IMG/VR virus record: IMGVR_UViG_3300049489_000585 | Location: 1-54,913 of that record | Length of the DNA: 54,913 nt | Source: a virus | Lineage: Duplodnaviria > Caudoviricetes | Strand: one strand, 5' to 3' | Shown: in pieces, positions 1 through 7,996 of the stretch | How the letters are laid out: each line of letters starts with the position of its first letter | How positions within the stretch are numbered: position 1 is the first letter of the stretch | Translations under genes and position numbers: made by a program | Notes under the pieces: generated by a model | What the model was told of the DNA's origin: nothing | The model's input: the letters and a program-made list of their open reading frames with translations, nothing else | Database searches by the model: none

Positions 1-127
1 ATGTCAGTCCTTTCGCGTCGGCGCATTGAGGCCGAACCCTTCGTTCCACCGGACAAGCCCCGGCGGGTGGCATTGGCGCAATGACCTACTTGGTCAGCGC
101 CGGGTCTTGCCGGTGAACTCCGACGTT
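1..127 (+). repeat. Exact duplicate of 53924-54050 (end of cassette 7 with attC7), here joined directly to cassette 9
   Basis: Identical up to CGACGTT, then diverges (GTGCCG at 128 versus AGGCGT at 54051). Confidence 0.95.
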
Positions 128-784
128 GTGCCGCACTGAACACCGCCGCGCCAGTTCCACCAGCCAAGCGCGGAACTCCGGCGGCGTGTGCTCTCGCTCG
201 GCCTTGCTCATGATCTCGACCGTCGTGCATTCGGGCATCCGCACCACGACGGCGGTGTGCTGGCGCGGGGGCGGTATCGTCGGCAGGTCGTCGGGGCCAG
301 CGCCTACGATGTACAGCCAAGTGCGCTTCTCTGCGCGGTGGCCCCAGTCCACTTGCCGAACCTCGGCTGTCCAGCCGCCGAACTGGTCGGGCGTGCGCCC
401 GCGCTGCGGCAGGCCGTAGTGCCGCCATGCGCGGCTGCCTGCCGGGTGCTCCAGCACGCCGCCGCAGCGACGCACCGTGTCCAGCGCGAACTTGAACGTG
501 CCGCCGTCGTTGCCCCAAGCGAATTCCGCGGCCTTGTGCGGGTAGCGAGACAGCACCACGCCATTGATCATCGACCAGCGCGTGCAAGGTGGATGCGCCA
601 CAACCGGCAGCGTGCCTCGGTACGTCGTGGCATCGCGCACCTTGTCCCACACGTCCACGCCTGGCATGGCCTTGTAGCCGCTGTCCTCGCGCGCAAAGAG
701 CACGGCCACGCCTGCGCGGTGCGGCACAACACGCCCATCGAGCCGAGGCCCAACAGCGGCAACGGTAGTGGCTTCGTCCAGCAT
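86..784 (-). CDS. Cassette 9: DNA cytosine methyltransferase-like protein
   Basis: VAVLF SAM-binding start, HPPC (motif IV PC), VLEHP (ENV-like), WGH..KRTWLY. Starts inside attC9 and stops inside the preceding attC. Confidence 0.65.
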   Translation of the reverse strand: MLDEATTVAAVGPRLDGRVVPHRAGVAVLFAREDSGYKAMPGVDVWDKVRDATTYRGTLPVVAHPPCTRWSMINGVVLSRYPHKAAEFAWGNDGGTFKFALDTVRRCGGVLEHPAGSRAWRHYGLPQRGRTPDQFGGWTAEVRQVDWGHRAEKRTWLYIVGAGPDDLPTIPPPRQHTAVVVRMPECTTVEIMSKAEREHTPPEFRAWLVELARRCSVRHNVGVHRQDPALTK

Positions 785-823
785 GCTCAGCGCTGTTGGT
801 CCCGGCTCATGGGCACGTTGTGC
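724..823 (+). other. attC: attC9 (100 bp)
   Basis: GCACAAC...imperfect palindrome...GTTGTGC. GTGCGGCACAAC pairs with GTTGTGCCGCAC at 125. Confidence 0.9.
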
Positions 824-824
824 G

Positions 825-1142
825 TCAGTAGCAGATCACGCGCGCCAGGTGCGCCACCGTCGTGACCTTGATCGTCTTCCCGCTGGTGCTGGTCACTTCC
901 AGGCCCTTGGCGCCCATGTCGTTTTCCCAGCAGTACCATTCCAGCCACTCGGCGTCATCGCCCAGCTCGCGGGCCAAGCACGATGTGTAGGCATCCCACA
1001 TGCGGCCCATGGCAAGCGCTATCGGCGCCTCGGGGCCGCACTTGGTTAGCGCCTGCAGTGCCGTGTATTGGGCCTGCCAGTCGTCATACATGCGCTGCCA
1101 CTCAAGCAAGCGCGGCGCAATGTCTCGGGGCTTCTTCTTCAT
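825..1142 (-). CDS. Cassette 10: hypothetical protein
   Basis: ORF fills the cassette and has a GGAG RBS upstream. Confidence 0.75.
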   Translation of the reverse strand: MKKKPRDIAPRLLEWQRMYDDWQAQYTALQALTKCGPEAPIALAMGRMWDAYTSCLARELGDDAEWLEWYCWENDMGAKGLEVTSTSGKTIKVTTVAHLARVICY

Positions 1143-1169
1143 GCCAATGCACTCCTACTTCCACCAGCC

Positions 1170-1258
1170 GCACAACTGGTCGTTGCAACGGACGGCCCTA
1201 CGGCCGTCCTGTGGTCCGCGAAGGCCCGGCAGGGCCGCCGCTGAACTGGTCGTTACAC
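1170..1258 (+). other. attC: attC10 (89 bp)
   Basis: GCACAAC...GTTACAC. CGCACAAC pairs with GTTGTGCG at 817. Confidence 0.88.
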
Positions 1259-1885
1259 AGCAAAGTCGCGGCACTTGATCTTGGCGATCAACCGATGCCC
1301 ACTGCGGGTGTTCAACTCGATCTGAGGCCTGGCAACGATGCCCTCAGCCTGGAAGTCACCCCACGTCGATTGAATGCCGCGCTTTGCCCAAGCGACTGCA
1401 TCGTGCAACGTGCCAGCCCCAATCACCGGCGCAACATCAAGGCCCAACTTCTGCGCCACGTCATGCACATCATCGCGCTGCAGCCACCACTGCCCAACGC
1501 GCACATCGAACAGCGCGAAGCCTTGGTCTGGCCGGTAGTTGCCGCCGCCCTTCTGGATCTTGGCGCCGTAGCCCTCGCCATACAGCACCGCCTGGCCGTC
1601 TGCAAACACCTCGCCCAGCTTTGCGGCCAGTGGCAAGAAGCGTTCATTCAGGCGGCCCACCAGTTGCGCCGGGATCTGCGCGTCCTCGGTGCGCCCACCG
1701 AACGTGATGCCGCCGTCCTTGAAGATCACGCGGATGTTCGTGCCGTCCACCTTCTCGGTGAAGGTCCACACGTTGCCTGCAAGGTACTCAAACTCAGGCA
1801 GGGTCCATTGGCCTTCAAGCAGCGTCTTGTGCTTGCTGGTCATGTCGCGCTTGAAGAGGGTCTGAATCTTGTGGTACTCGCTCAC
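1253..1885 (-). CDS. Cassette 11: RNA ligase (Rnl2-like nucleotidyltransferase domain)
   Basis: Motifs EKVDGTN, YGEGYG, FALFDV, EGIVARP, KIK. The TAA stop lies in the recombination core. Confidence 0.88.
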   Translation of the reverse strand: MSEYHKIQTLFKRDMTSKHKTLLEGQWTLPEFEYLAGNVWTFTEKVDGTNIRVIFKDGGITFGGRTEDAQIPAQLVGRLNERFLPLAAKLGEVFADGQAVLYGEGYGAKIQKGGGNYRPDQGFALFDVRVGQWWLQRDDVHDVAQKLGLDVAPVIGAGTLHDAVAWAKRGIQSTWGDFQAEGIVARPQIELNTRSGHRLIAKIKCRDFAV

Positions 1886-1904
1886 GGGTCATTTCCTGGT
1901 TGCT

Positions 1905-1994
1905 GTGTAACCCTGCGCTCAACCGGAGCGCCTCGGGCAGCATCACGCTGCGGGTGAATTCGGCTCGTGGCTCCCGGTTATCTCCACGTTATGG
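1905..1994 (+). other. attC: attC11 (90 bp)
   Basis: GTGTAAC...GTTATGG. TTGCTGTGTAAC pairs with GTTACACAGCAA at 1252. Confidence 0.9.
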
Positions 1995-2168
1995 CGCCAC
2001 TCGCTTCGCCACCCGAAGCCGCCTGCGAGCGATCTTCGCGGCGGCTTCCTTCACTTCGGCGTGGTCGTCCGGGTGCGCGAAGATGCCGCGCACTTCGGTT
2101 GCTGTCGTCTCAGCCTTGCGCTGGCGAAACTCTCGCTGGCGCTCGGCGTTGGTCTTGGCGGGGCTCAT
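1989..2168 (-). CDS. Cassette 12: small basic putative DNA-binding protein (59 aa, MSPAKTNAERQREFRQRK...)
   Basis: Hand-translated, below the ORF-track cutoff. ATGA overlap with the upstream ORF and TAA stop in the core site. Confidence 0.7.
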   Translation of the reverse strand: MSPAKTNAERQREFRQRKAETTATEVRGIFAHPDDHAEVKEAAAKIARRRLRVAKRVAP

Positions 2169-2578
2169 CGCGCAACATCAGACGCCGCGTCCTCAAGCGA
2201 GGTAGCCTTGCTAGGCAGCAACCCGGCGGCGATGCGCGTCAGTTCAACCACGCGCTGCGCGACGACTTCGGTGCTTGCCGCGTTCTTGGCGGCCGCACGC
2301 ACAACACCATCAAACGCGCCCCTGTACTGACTCGCAAGCGAATTGGCAATCTCTTTCTCGATGCTCTTCATGAGGGACGGTGAAACGCATGCCTGCGCGA
2401 TGCCAACCTTGAGGGCCGCGAGAATTTGCGCCTCGGACTCGGAGACAGCCTTGTCCATCGCCTTCTTGAGCTGATTCCCGGTTCCGTACTGGTCGCGCAT
2501 CATCGATTCGATGGCCTGCTGAAGGCCGCGCTGAATCCAGCTCTGAATGGTTTCTTCGGTGATAGTTACTGCGGGCAT
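2165..2578 (-). CDS. Cassette 12: hypothetical alpha-helical protein
   Basis: ORF with AAGGA RBS, in an operon with its neighbours. Confidence 0.75.
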   Translation of the reverse strand: MPAVTITEETIQSWIQRGLQQAIESMMRDQYGTGNQLKKAMDKAVSESEAQILAALKVGIAQACVSPSLMKSIEKEIANSLASQYRGAFDGVVRAAAKNAASTEVVAQRVVELTRIAAGLLPSKATSLEDAASDVAR

Positions 2579-2600
2579 GGTTTAGTCCTTTGTGTGTGGT

Positions 2601-2846
2601 TCACAGGTCTCTCCAGTTCGTCTGCTTTTCGTCGGCGTAGTCCAGACCGAAGCAGCACTTGATTCGCATGCACAGGGTTTCGTCTGCGCCGTTGATGATG
2701 ATGCGGCCTTTGCCAAGGAAGCGGCCGAACAATGCGCGTTGCTCAGTGGCTGACATGCGGCCCATCCACTCGCCGAACACGGTGCCAGTCTTCTCCACCA
2801 AGAACAGGGCCATCTGTGCGGCGTAGTCGGTGCGGGTGGCTTGCAT
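2601..2846 (-). CDS. Cassette 12: hypothetical protein
   Basis: GGAG RBS before ATG 2846. Confidence 0.7.
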   Translation of the reverse strand: MQATRTDYAAQMALFLVEKTGTVFGEWMGRMSATEQRALFGRFLGKGRIIINGADETLCMRIKCCFGLDYADEKQTNWRDL

Positions 2847-2871
2847 GTCGTTCTCCGGTTGCTGTGCGTTC

Positions 2872-2900
2872 ATTGTGCGCCACCGTTACGCGTAACACAA
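2872..2900 (-). promoter_or_regulatory. Cassette-internal sigma70 promoter with palindromic operator
   Basis: TTGTGT-17-CACAAT on the minus strand. Perfect palindrome GTTACGCGTAAC (2885-2896) lies over the spacer. Confidence 0.6.
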
Positions 2901-2936
2901 GCTGCATTTGCATCTTTACATTCGCGTGCCTACGCG

Positions 2937-2990
2937 CCATAACCCTGCGCTCAACCGGACCGAGTACGGCCGGTTAGCTCCACGTTGGGC
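2937..2990 (+). other. attC: attC12 (54 bp)
   Basis: CCATAAC...GTTGGGC. GCGCCATAAC pairs with GTTATGGCGC at 1988. Near copy of attC3. Confidence 0.9.
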
Positions 2991-3574
2991 TTCATGAACA
3001 CCAGCCAGTGCGTGCCGGCCTTCTTGCCGCTCGTGTTGCCGAACAGCGGTTGATGCGGCGTCAGCGCCAGCACTTCCGACAGCTTCACCTGCGTCTCGTT
3101 CCACTTGAACACCAGCACGCCATCGGGGTGCAGCACGCGGAAGCACTCGCTGAAGCCGGCGCGCAGGTCTTCGCGCCAGTCCTGGCCCAGCTTGCCGTAC
3201 TTCGCGGCCAGCCAAGAGCGCGGGCCTGCGCGCACCAGGTGCGGCGGGTCGAACGCCACCAGCCGGAACGTGCCGTCATCGAAGGGCAGTGCGCGGAAGT
3301 CCATCAGCAAGTCGGGGCATACCGTCAGCGTGCGCGTGCCATCCTGGCGGCCGTGGCTGCGGTCGGTCACTGTCAGCGTCTCGCTGCGGCGGTCGCCGAA
3401 CACCGCGTCCGGGTGTCCACGGTCGAACCACATCATGCGGCTGCCGCTGCACGGGTCCAACACGCGGGGCGAGGAATCGGCGTTGAAGCCCAACCCTTCG
3501 TGCGAGCCGACATGCCCCGGCGGGGCTTCGGTGGTCATCGAATCATCGTTGCGGGGCATGCGGCTCCACTCCAT
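2951..3574 (-). CDS. Cassette 13: SAM-dependent (probable DNA amino-) methyltransferase
   Basis: VLDPCSGSRM motif I, FDPPH motif IV, FKWNE. Candidate starts lie inside attC13 and the stop lies inside attC12. Confidence 0.85.
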   Translation of the reverse strand: MEWSRMPRNDDSMTTEAPPGHVGSHEGLGFNADSSPRVLDPCSGSRMMWFDRGHPDAVFGDRRSETLTVTDRSHGRQDGTRTLTVCPDLLMDFRALPFDDGTFRLVAFDPPHLVRAGPRSWLAAKYGKLGQDWREDLRAGFSECFRVLHPDGVLVFKWNETQVKLSEVLALTPHQPLFGNTSGKKAGTHWLVFMKPNVELTGRTRSG

Positions 3575-3582
3575 CGTTGAGC
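3488..3582 (+). other. attC: attC13 (95 bp), last site of array
   Basis: GCCCAAC...GTTGAGC. TGAAGCCCAAC pairs with GTTGGGCTTCA at 2984. Confidence 0.9.
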
Positions 3583-3583
3583 C

Positions 3584-4426
3584 TCACTCGACATCGGCGG
3601 CCTTGCGCGAGCGGCGGCCGCGAGGCTTCGGCGGCTCAGGATCGGCGCCCGTCGTCTCGCCGGCGCCAGCATCCGGCCCGCCTGCCGCACCTTCCGTCCC
3701 GTCGCGCGGGAAGGGCCAGTCCTTGCCCAGCTGCTCGTCTGACGACCCAGCGCCGGGCGCCCCGTCAGTGTCCGGGTGGCCGCTACCGTCGTCGTCGGTG
3801 TGCTCTTCGTCGGGGCCGCCGTGCTCGGCCGAGAAGGCATCGCCGGCCTCGGTGTCCAGCAGGTCGGCCTGGCCATCCGCAGCGCCCGGGTGGTCCTTCT
3901 TGAAGGCCTCGGTGCTGCCGTCGATGGCCTTCGGCGGCGCCTCGGGCGGCGTGACGGTCACGAAGACCTTGCGCTTCTGCCGGCCCCAGAGCATGCCAGC
4001 GCCAGCCTCGTCCACGTCGGCGGTGCTGACGCGGAAGTCGACGTCCATGTGCCCGCCTTCGAAGAAGTCGAAGCGGAAGTCGTCGATCTTGCAGCTGCCC
4101 ATCTGCAGCGCCGAGTCCTCGGTGATGCCGCGGGCCACCACCACGGTCCAGCCTTCAAGGCAGGTCTCGGGCGCCCAGTGCTTCAGGTCCTTGGAGCGCA
4201 GGATGGGCGTGGTGACCTCCACGCCGGGCAGCTGCTCCTGGCCCTCGACCGGCGCGTAGACCGTCAGGCGCATGGTGGGCGAGAACAGGTCCAGCAGCTC
4301 GTTGCGCACGCTGGCGAGCTTGAGGCGGAAGCTGACAGCGGGCACGTCGTCCTTGCCGCTCTTCTGCGTGCGGCCGACGAAGGTGGTCAGCTCGCACTCG
4401 GTGTCGTGGTTCAGGTGGAAAAGCAT
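3584..4426 (-). CDS. Phage early hypothetical protein with acidic low-complexity tail
   Basis: 280-aa ORF with AGGAG RBS, in the leftward operon. Confidence 0.8.
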   Translation of the reverse strand: MLFHLNHDTECELTTFVGRTQKSGKDDVPAVSFRLKLASVRNELLDLFSPTMRLTVYAPVEGQEQLPGVEVTTPILRSKDLKHWAPETCLEGWTVVVARGITEDSALQMGSCKIDDFRFDFFEGGHMDVDFRVSTADVDEAGAGMLWGRQKRKVFVTVTPPEAPPKAIDGSTEAFKKDHPGAADGQADLLDTEAGDAFSAEHGGPDEEHTDDDGSGHPDTDGAPGAGSSDEQLGKDWPFPRDGTEGAAGGPDAGAGETTGADPEPPKPRGRRSRKAADVE

Positions 4427-4453
4427 GGGGCTCCTTGGTGGTGGTGGGCTTGG

Positions 4454-4789
4454 TCAGAACTGGCTGTCGGGGCCTTCGTCGACGCCGCTGTGGGCCAGCT
4501 GGCGCGAGGGCTCGACCGGGCGCAGCTCATACGCCGACACCGGCCGCGCCTGCAGCGTCCCGGCCAGGCGGCGCGCCACGTCCTCGGTGGTGACCGTCAT
4601 GCCGTAGATCGCGCCCTGGGTGAAGAAGCTCGTGTAGGGCGGCACGTCGCCGACGGCGGGCACGTCGATGCGCAGGAAGTGCACGCCGCCGATGGTCTGG
4701 TCGCTGAGCTTGCCGGCCAGGCGCTGGTGGCCGAACAGCTCGAGCAGGCCCCAGGCCTCGAACTTCTCGGTGGTCTTGTCGTCGTTCAT
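4454..4789 (-). CDS. Phage hypothetical protein
   Basis: AAAGGA RBS. WGLLELFGHQRLAG N-terminus resembles prophage early proteins. Confidence 0.8.
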   Translation of the reverse strand: MNDDKTTEKFEAWGLLELFGHQRLAGKLSDQTIGGVHFLRIDVPAVGDVPPYTSFFTQGAIYGMTVTTEDVARRLAGTLQARPVSAYELRPVEPSRQLAHSGVDEGPDSQF

Positions 4790-4908
4790 CGGGTCCTTTC
4801 GGTGGTGGTCAGAAGAAAGGCGGGCGGCCGTTGCCGGCGCGTGGTGGGAATCGAGGGAGGGAGGAGACAGGAGGTGCCCACCGCGCAGGATTCGCCCGTG
4901 GAAATGGG

Positions 4909-5088
4909 TCAGTCGCAGCGCGTGCAGCGATTGAGCTCGGACACGCCGTGCGGACAGCGGGAGGCCCGCGCAGCGTTGCCGGCGGCCAGCGCGAGTTGGC
5001 GCTGCAGGCGTTCGATGGCGTCGGCCGCCTCTCGCTGCAGAAGCACGTTGGGCGGGCTCTCGCGAAGCCGCTGGATGAGAGCGTCCAT
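4909..5088 (-). CDS. Small hypothetical protein (CPHG...C..C)
   Basis: TGATG coupling with the upstream ATPase. Confidence 0.65.
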   Translation of the reverse strand: MDALIQRLRESPPNVLLQREAADAIERLQRQLALAAGNAARASRCPHGVSELNRCTRCD

Positions 5089-6884
5089 CAGGCTGCCTCC
5101 CTCAGTGCTTGGCGCCCAACGACGCCGGCCTCGATCCACTCGACCTGGACGCGCTCGCCCAGGCCGGCGGGTGGTTGCTTGAGCGTCGCGAACAGCAACG
5201 CGCTGTCGATCTCGCCGGTCTCGGCCAGCACGTCGAGCCACGCGAACAGGTCGCTGCGGCCCGGCAGGTCCAGCACGTCGACGCGGTCCAGCACCAGCAT
5301 GCGGGCGCTGGACACGTGCGCGATGGCCTCGGCCAGCATCGCGTCGGCACGCCAGCGCTCGGACTCGCTGCAAAGCGCGTAGGGCCTGCCGGCGCCGTAG
5401 GTGATCGCCATGTCGCTGTCGATCGACACCACCGGCCAGGCGGCATCGGCCGATGACTGCGCCAGGCGGGCGTTCACCGGGCCCAGGGCTTCGGACAGCA
5501 GATCGGCCGGGATGCCGTCGGGCGACAGTGCCTGCGCAATCGCGTCCCAGGCGGTCACGTCGGCGGCGTGCTGGCCGGCCTGCTTGGTCTTGGCCTCGGC
5601 GGCGTCGGCCAGCGCCTTGATCGACTTCAGCTTGTCGCCCTCGGCCACCGCGGCGGCGCGCTCGGCCTTCAGCTTCTCGACCTGGTCGCGGGCGTCCTGC
5701 AGGGCCGCGGCGTCGAAGGTCTCGTTCAGCTCGTCGGCGATGGCCTTGGCCTGGGCGTGCGCATCCTGGGCCGCAGCCAGATCGCGCTTGGCGTTGGCCA
5801 CGGCGCGCTGCATCAGCTCGAGCGCGCCGCACAACTCCGGCAGCCGGCTGCGGGCACCGTGGTCGCCGACGGCCAGAGCATCGATCGGGCCGTGCTCGGT
5901 TTCGTAGGCAGCCAGTGGGGCTGCCCAGGCTGCACGGAACTGGTGGTCGGCACCGACGAAGAACAGCGTGTCCCGCAGCGCGTGCGCCAGGTCATGCACC
6001 AGCCCAACACGCGGCCCTGCGCCGGCCTTCGCGGTGGCTTGCGCAAGCGCGGCCTCAGACTCGCTCAGGCCTCGCTGGTCGGCCTGCAGCTTGGCCTCGA
6101 GGCGGGGCACCTTGGCCGCATGCTCCTGCAGCGCCGGCAGCTTCGCCCGCAGCCCGGCACGGCGCTGCTCCTCGGCCTGCAGCCGTCCAATGGTCTGCTG
6201 CCAGGATGCGATGGCCACGTCAGCGTGCTTCGCGGCGGTGGCGTGCTTCGCGGCGGCCTCGGCGTCGTACGGCGGCACCGCGGCCTTCCAGCCCTTGGCC
6301 TTCTCGCTGCCGTAGGTCTCGCCGGTGACGGTGCGCCAACTACCTTTGCTTTCGGTCGCCTTGGTCTTGGCCTCGGTGCACGCGGCGTCGAAGCCAGAGC
6401 GCAGCAGCGGCAGCACGCGCTGCACCTTGGCGTCGTCGCAGCCCTTGGCCTTCAGGCGGGCAGCGATGTCGGCCTGCGCCATCTTCACGCCCATCAGGCC
6501 GAAGAGGAAGGCGCGGCGCTCGGTCAGTGGCAGCCGGGCGAACCGCTGGGCGTCCAGCACGTAGGCCAGCACCGGGTCGGTGTCGCGGCCCTTCTGGCTG
6601 TCGTGGATCTTGCCGCTGCGGTTGATGGTGACGCGCCACTCGTCGCCGTCGGCGTTCTTGACCTCGCACACGGCCAGGTCGGCGCCCTCGCGGATCAGGG
6701 CCGGCGCGTCCTTCTTCAGCGACACGCGGCCCAGGTCGGCGGTGATGGCCAGGGCCACGGCGTCCCTGAGACTCGACTTGCCGGCAGCGTTTTGACCGGC
6801 GAACAACGCCACCGGTGCGCGCAGCTGGATCTCGGCATGCTGGATGCCGAGGAAGTTTGTGACGTAGAGCGAACTGATGCGCAT
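5088..6884 (-). CDS. SMC/SbcC/Rad50-like coiled-coil ATPase
   Basis: NFLGI, Walker A GQNAAGKSS, long coiled coil, signature-like LCSESE, Walker B LVLDRVD. Confidence 0.85.
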   Translation of the reverse strand: MRISSLYVTNFLGIQHAEIQLRAPVALFAGQNAAGKSSLRDAVALAITADLGRVSLKKDAPALIREGADLAVCEVKNADGDEWRVTINRSGKIHDSQKGRDTDPVLAYVLDAQRFARLPLTERRAFLFGLMGVKMAQADIAARLKAKGCDDAKVQRVLPLLRSGFDAACTEAKTKATESKGSWRTVTGETYGSEKAKGWKAAVPPYDAEAAAKHATAAKHADVAIASWQQTIGRLQAEEQRRAGLRAKLPALQEHAAKVPRLEAKLQADQRGLSESEAALAQATAKAGAGPRVGLVHDLAHALRDTLFFVGADHQFRAAWAAPLAAYETEHGPIDALAVGDHGARSRLPELCGALELMQRAVANAKRDLAAAQDAHAQAKAIADELNETFDAAALQDARDQVEKLKAERAAAVAEGDKLKSIKALADAAEAKTKQAGQHAADVTAWDAIAQALSPDGIPADLLSEALGPVNARLAQSSADAAWPVVSIDSDMAITYGAGRPYALCSESERWRADAMLAEAIAHVSSARMLVLDRVDVLDLPGRSDLFAWLDVLAETGEIDSALLFATLKQPPAGLGERVQVEWIEAGVVGRQALREAA

Positions 6885-6888
6885 GGCG

Positions 6889-7989
6889 TCACTCCACGGC
6901 AGGGCCAGCGGCGCGGGCGCGGCGGGCGGTGGGGGCTGCCGTCGCAGCGGCAGGCGCCTGGCCGGCGGCCTCGGCCTGTTCGCGCGCGCGGATCGCGGCT
7001 TCCTCGGCGGCGCTGGGTGCCCAGTCGTCGCCGGGGCCTTGGTCCGGCGGCGGGGCCGGGGCAGGCGGCGCAACGGCGGTGACGGCCGGCGGTTTCGGTG
7101 GCTTCGGCGGATCGACCTCGCCGGTCGGATCATCGCCACCACCGGCGCCGTCAGCCTCGGCATCCGGCAGGAATCCGAAGTCGCCGTCGATCACGTCCAT
7201 GCGCTGGTCCTGGCCACGCGAGGCAGCTTCATCAAGCCCAGCCGCGGTCTGGAACTCGATCGACAGCGGCAGGTACTTGGCCAGCCGACGGATCACCGTC
7301 TTGCGGCCCATCTCGACGAAGTGAGCGACCCACGGATGAGCGGCTTCCTTCTTGTACTTCTGGGCCTGTTGGAACCCCTGCGACGCGGCGCGGATGGCCT
7401 CGATCTGGTGGGTGCTCATGAACTCGAAGCAGTGGCCGCCGTCCTTCAGCTTGGCCACTGCGTAGAAGCCGACCACGCCGCCGCGGTCGCCCATCGCAGG
7501 CGTGTGGTTCAGCTTCTCGTCTAGGCCGTAGACCAGCTCGAATCGATCGTTCTCGCAGACCTCGTGCGCGGCGATGCTCACGATCTGCCCACTGCGCCGG
7601 GCCAGGTCGATCAGCCCCTTGTAGCCGATGATCACCTGCACGCTGTTGACCCAGCGCTCGTTGCCGTCGGCGTCCTTGCGCTTGGTGTTGAAGGGCACGA
7701 GGTAGGCGTGGCCGAGCACGGTGTTCGGCTCCAGGCCCATCTGCGCGCACTGGCCGATGGCGCCGACCAGAGACGCCACATCGCACTTGGCCAGGGCCGG
7801 CGTGGTGGTGGCCGCGATCTGCGCAACCTTCAGCAGCCGATCGATGCTCAGCGTCTTCGGCAGCATCTTGGCCAGGTCGCCCTTCTTCTTCTCAAGCAGG
7901 TAGGCGATCTGCTCCTTCGGCTTCATGTCGGCCAGCGGCCGGGTGGCGACCGCGCTGGCGGACTTCAGTTCTGCGATGTTGGTGGACAT
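6889..7989 (-). CDS. recT: RecT-family ssDNA annealing recombinase
   Basis: GLEPN..LGHAYLVPF, IIGYKGLIDLARRSG, EMGRKTVIRRLAKYLPLSIE. Confidence 0.93.
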   Translation of the reverse strand: MSTNIAELKSASAVATRPLADMKPKEQIAYLLEKKKGDLAKMLPKTLSIDRLLKVAQIAATTTPALAKCDVASLVGAIGQCAQMGLEPNTVLGHAYLVPFNTKRKDADGNERWVNSVQVIIGYKGLIDLARRSGQIVSIAAHEVCENDRFELVYGLDEKLNHTPAMGDRGGVVGFYAVAKLKDGGHCFEFMSTHQIEAIRAASQGFQQAQKYKKEAAHPWVAHFVEMGRKTVIRRLAKYLPLSIEFQTAAGLDEAASRGQDQRMDVIDGDFGFLPDAEADGAGGGDDPTGEVDPPKPPKPPAVTAVAPPAPAPPPDQGPGDDWAPSAAEEAAIRAREQAEAAGQAPAAATAAPTARRARAAGPAVE

Positions 7990-7996
7990 GGTGTTC

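Larger units (their letters stand above)
126..3582 (+). mobile_element. Integron cassette array, cassettes 9-13
   Basis: Five further attC sites (724, 1170, 1905, 2937, 3488) with the same cassette-end complementarity. The array ends at GTTGAGC 3576-3582. Confidence 0.93.

Noticed and set aside
1-221. Physical terminal repeats of the virion DNA
   Set aside because: The two duplications are offset and break at an attC crossover. They are better explained as circular overlap plus an alternative array allele.
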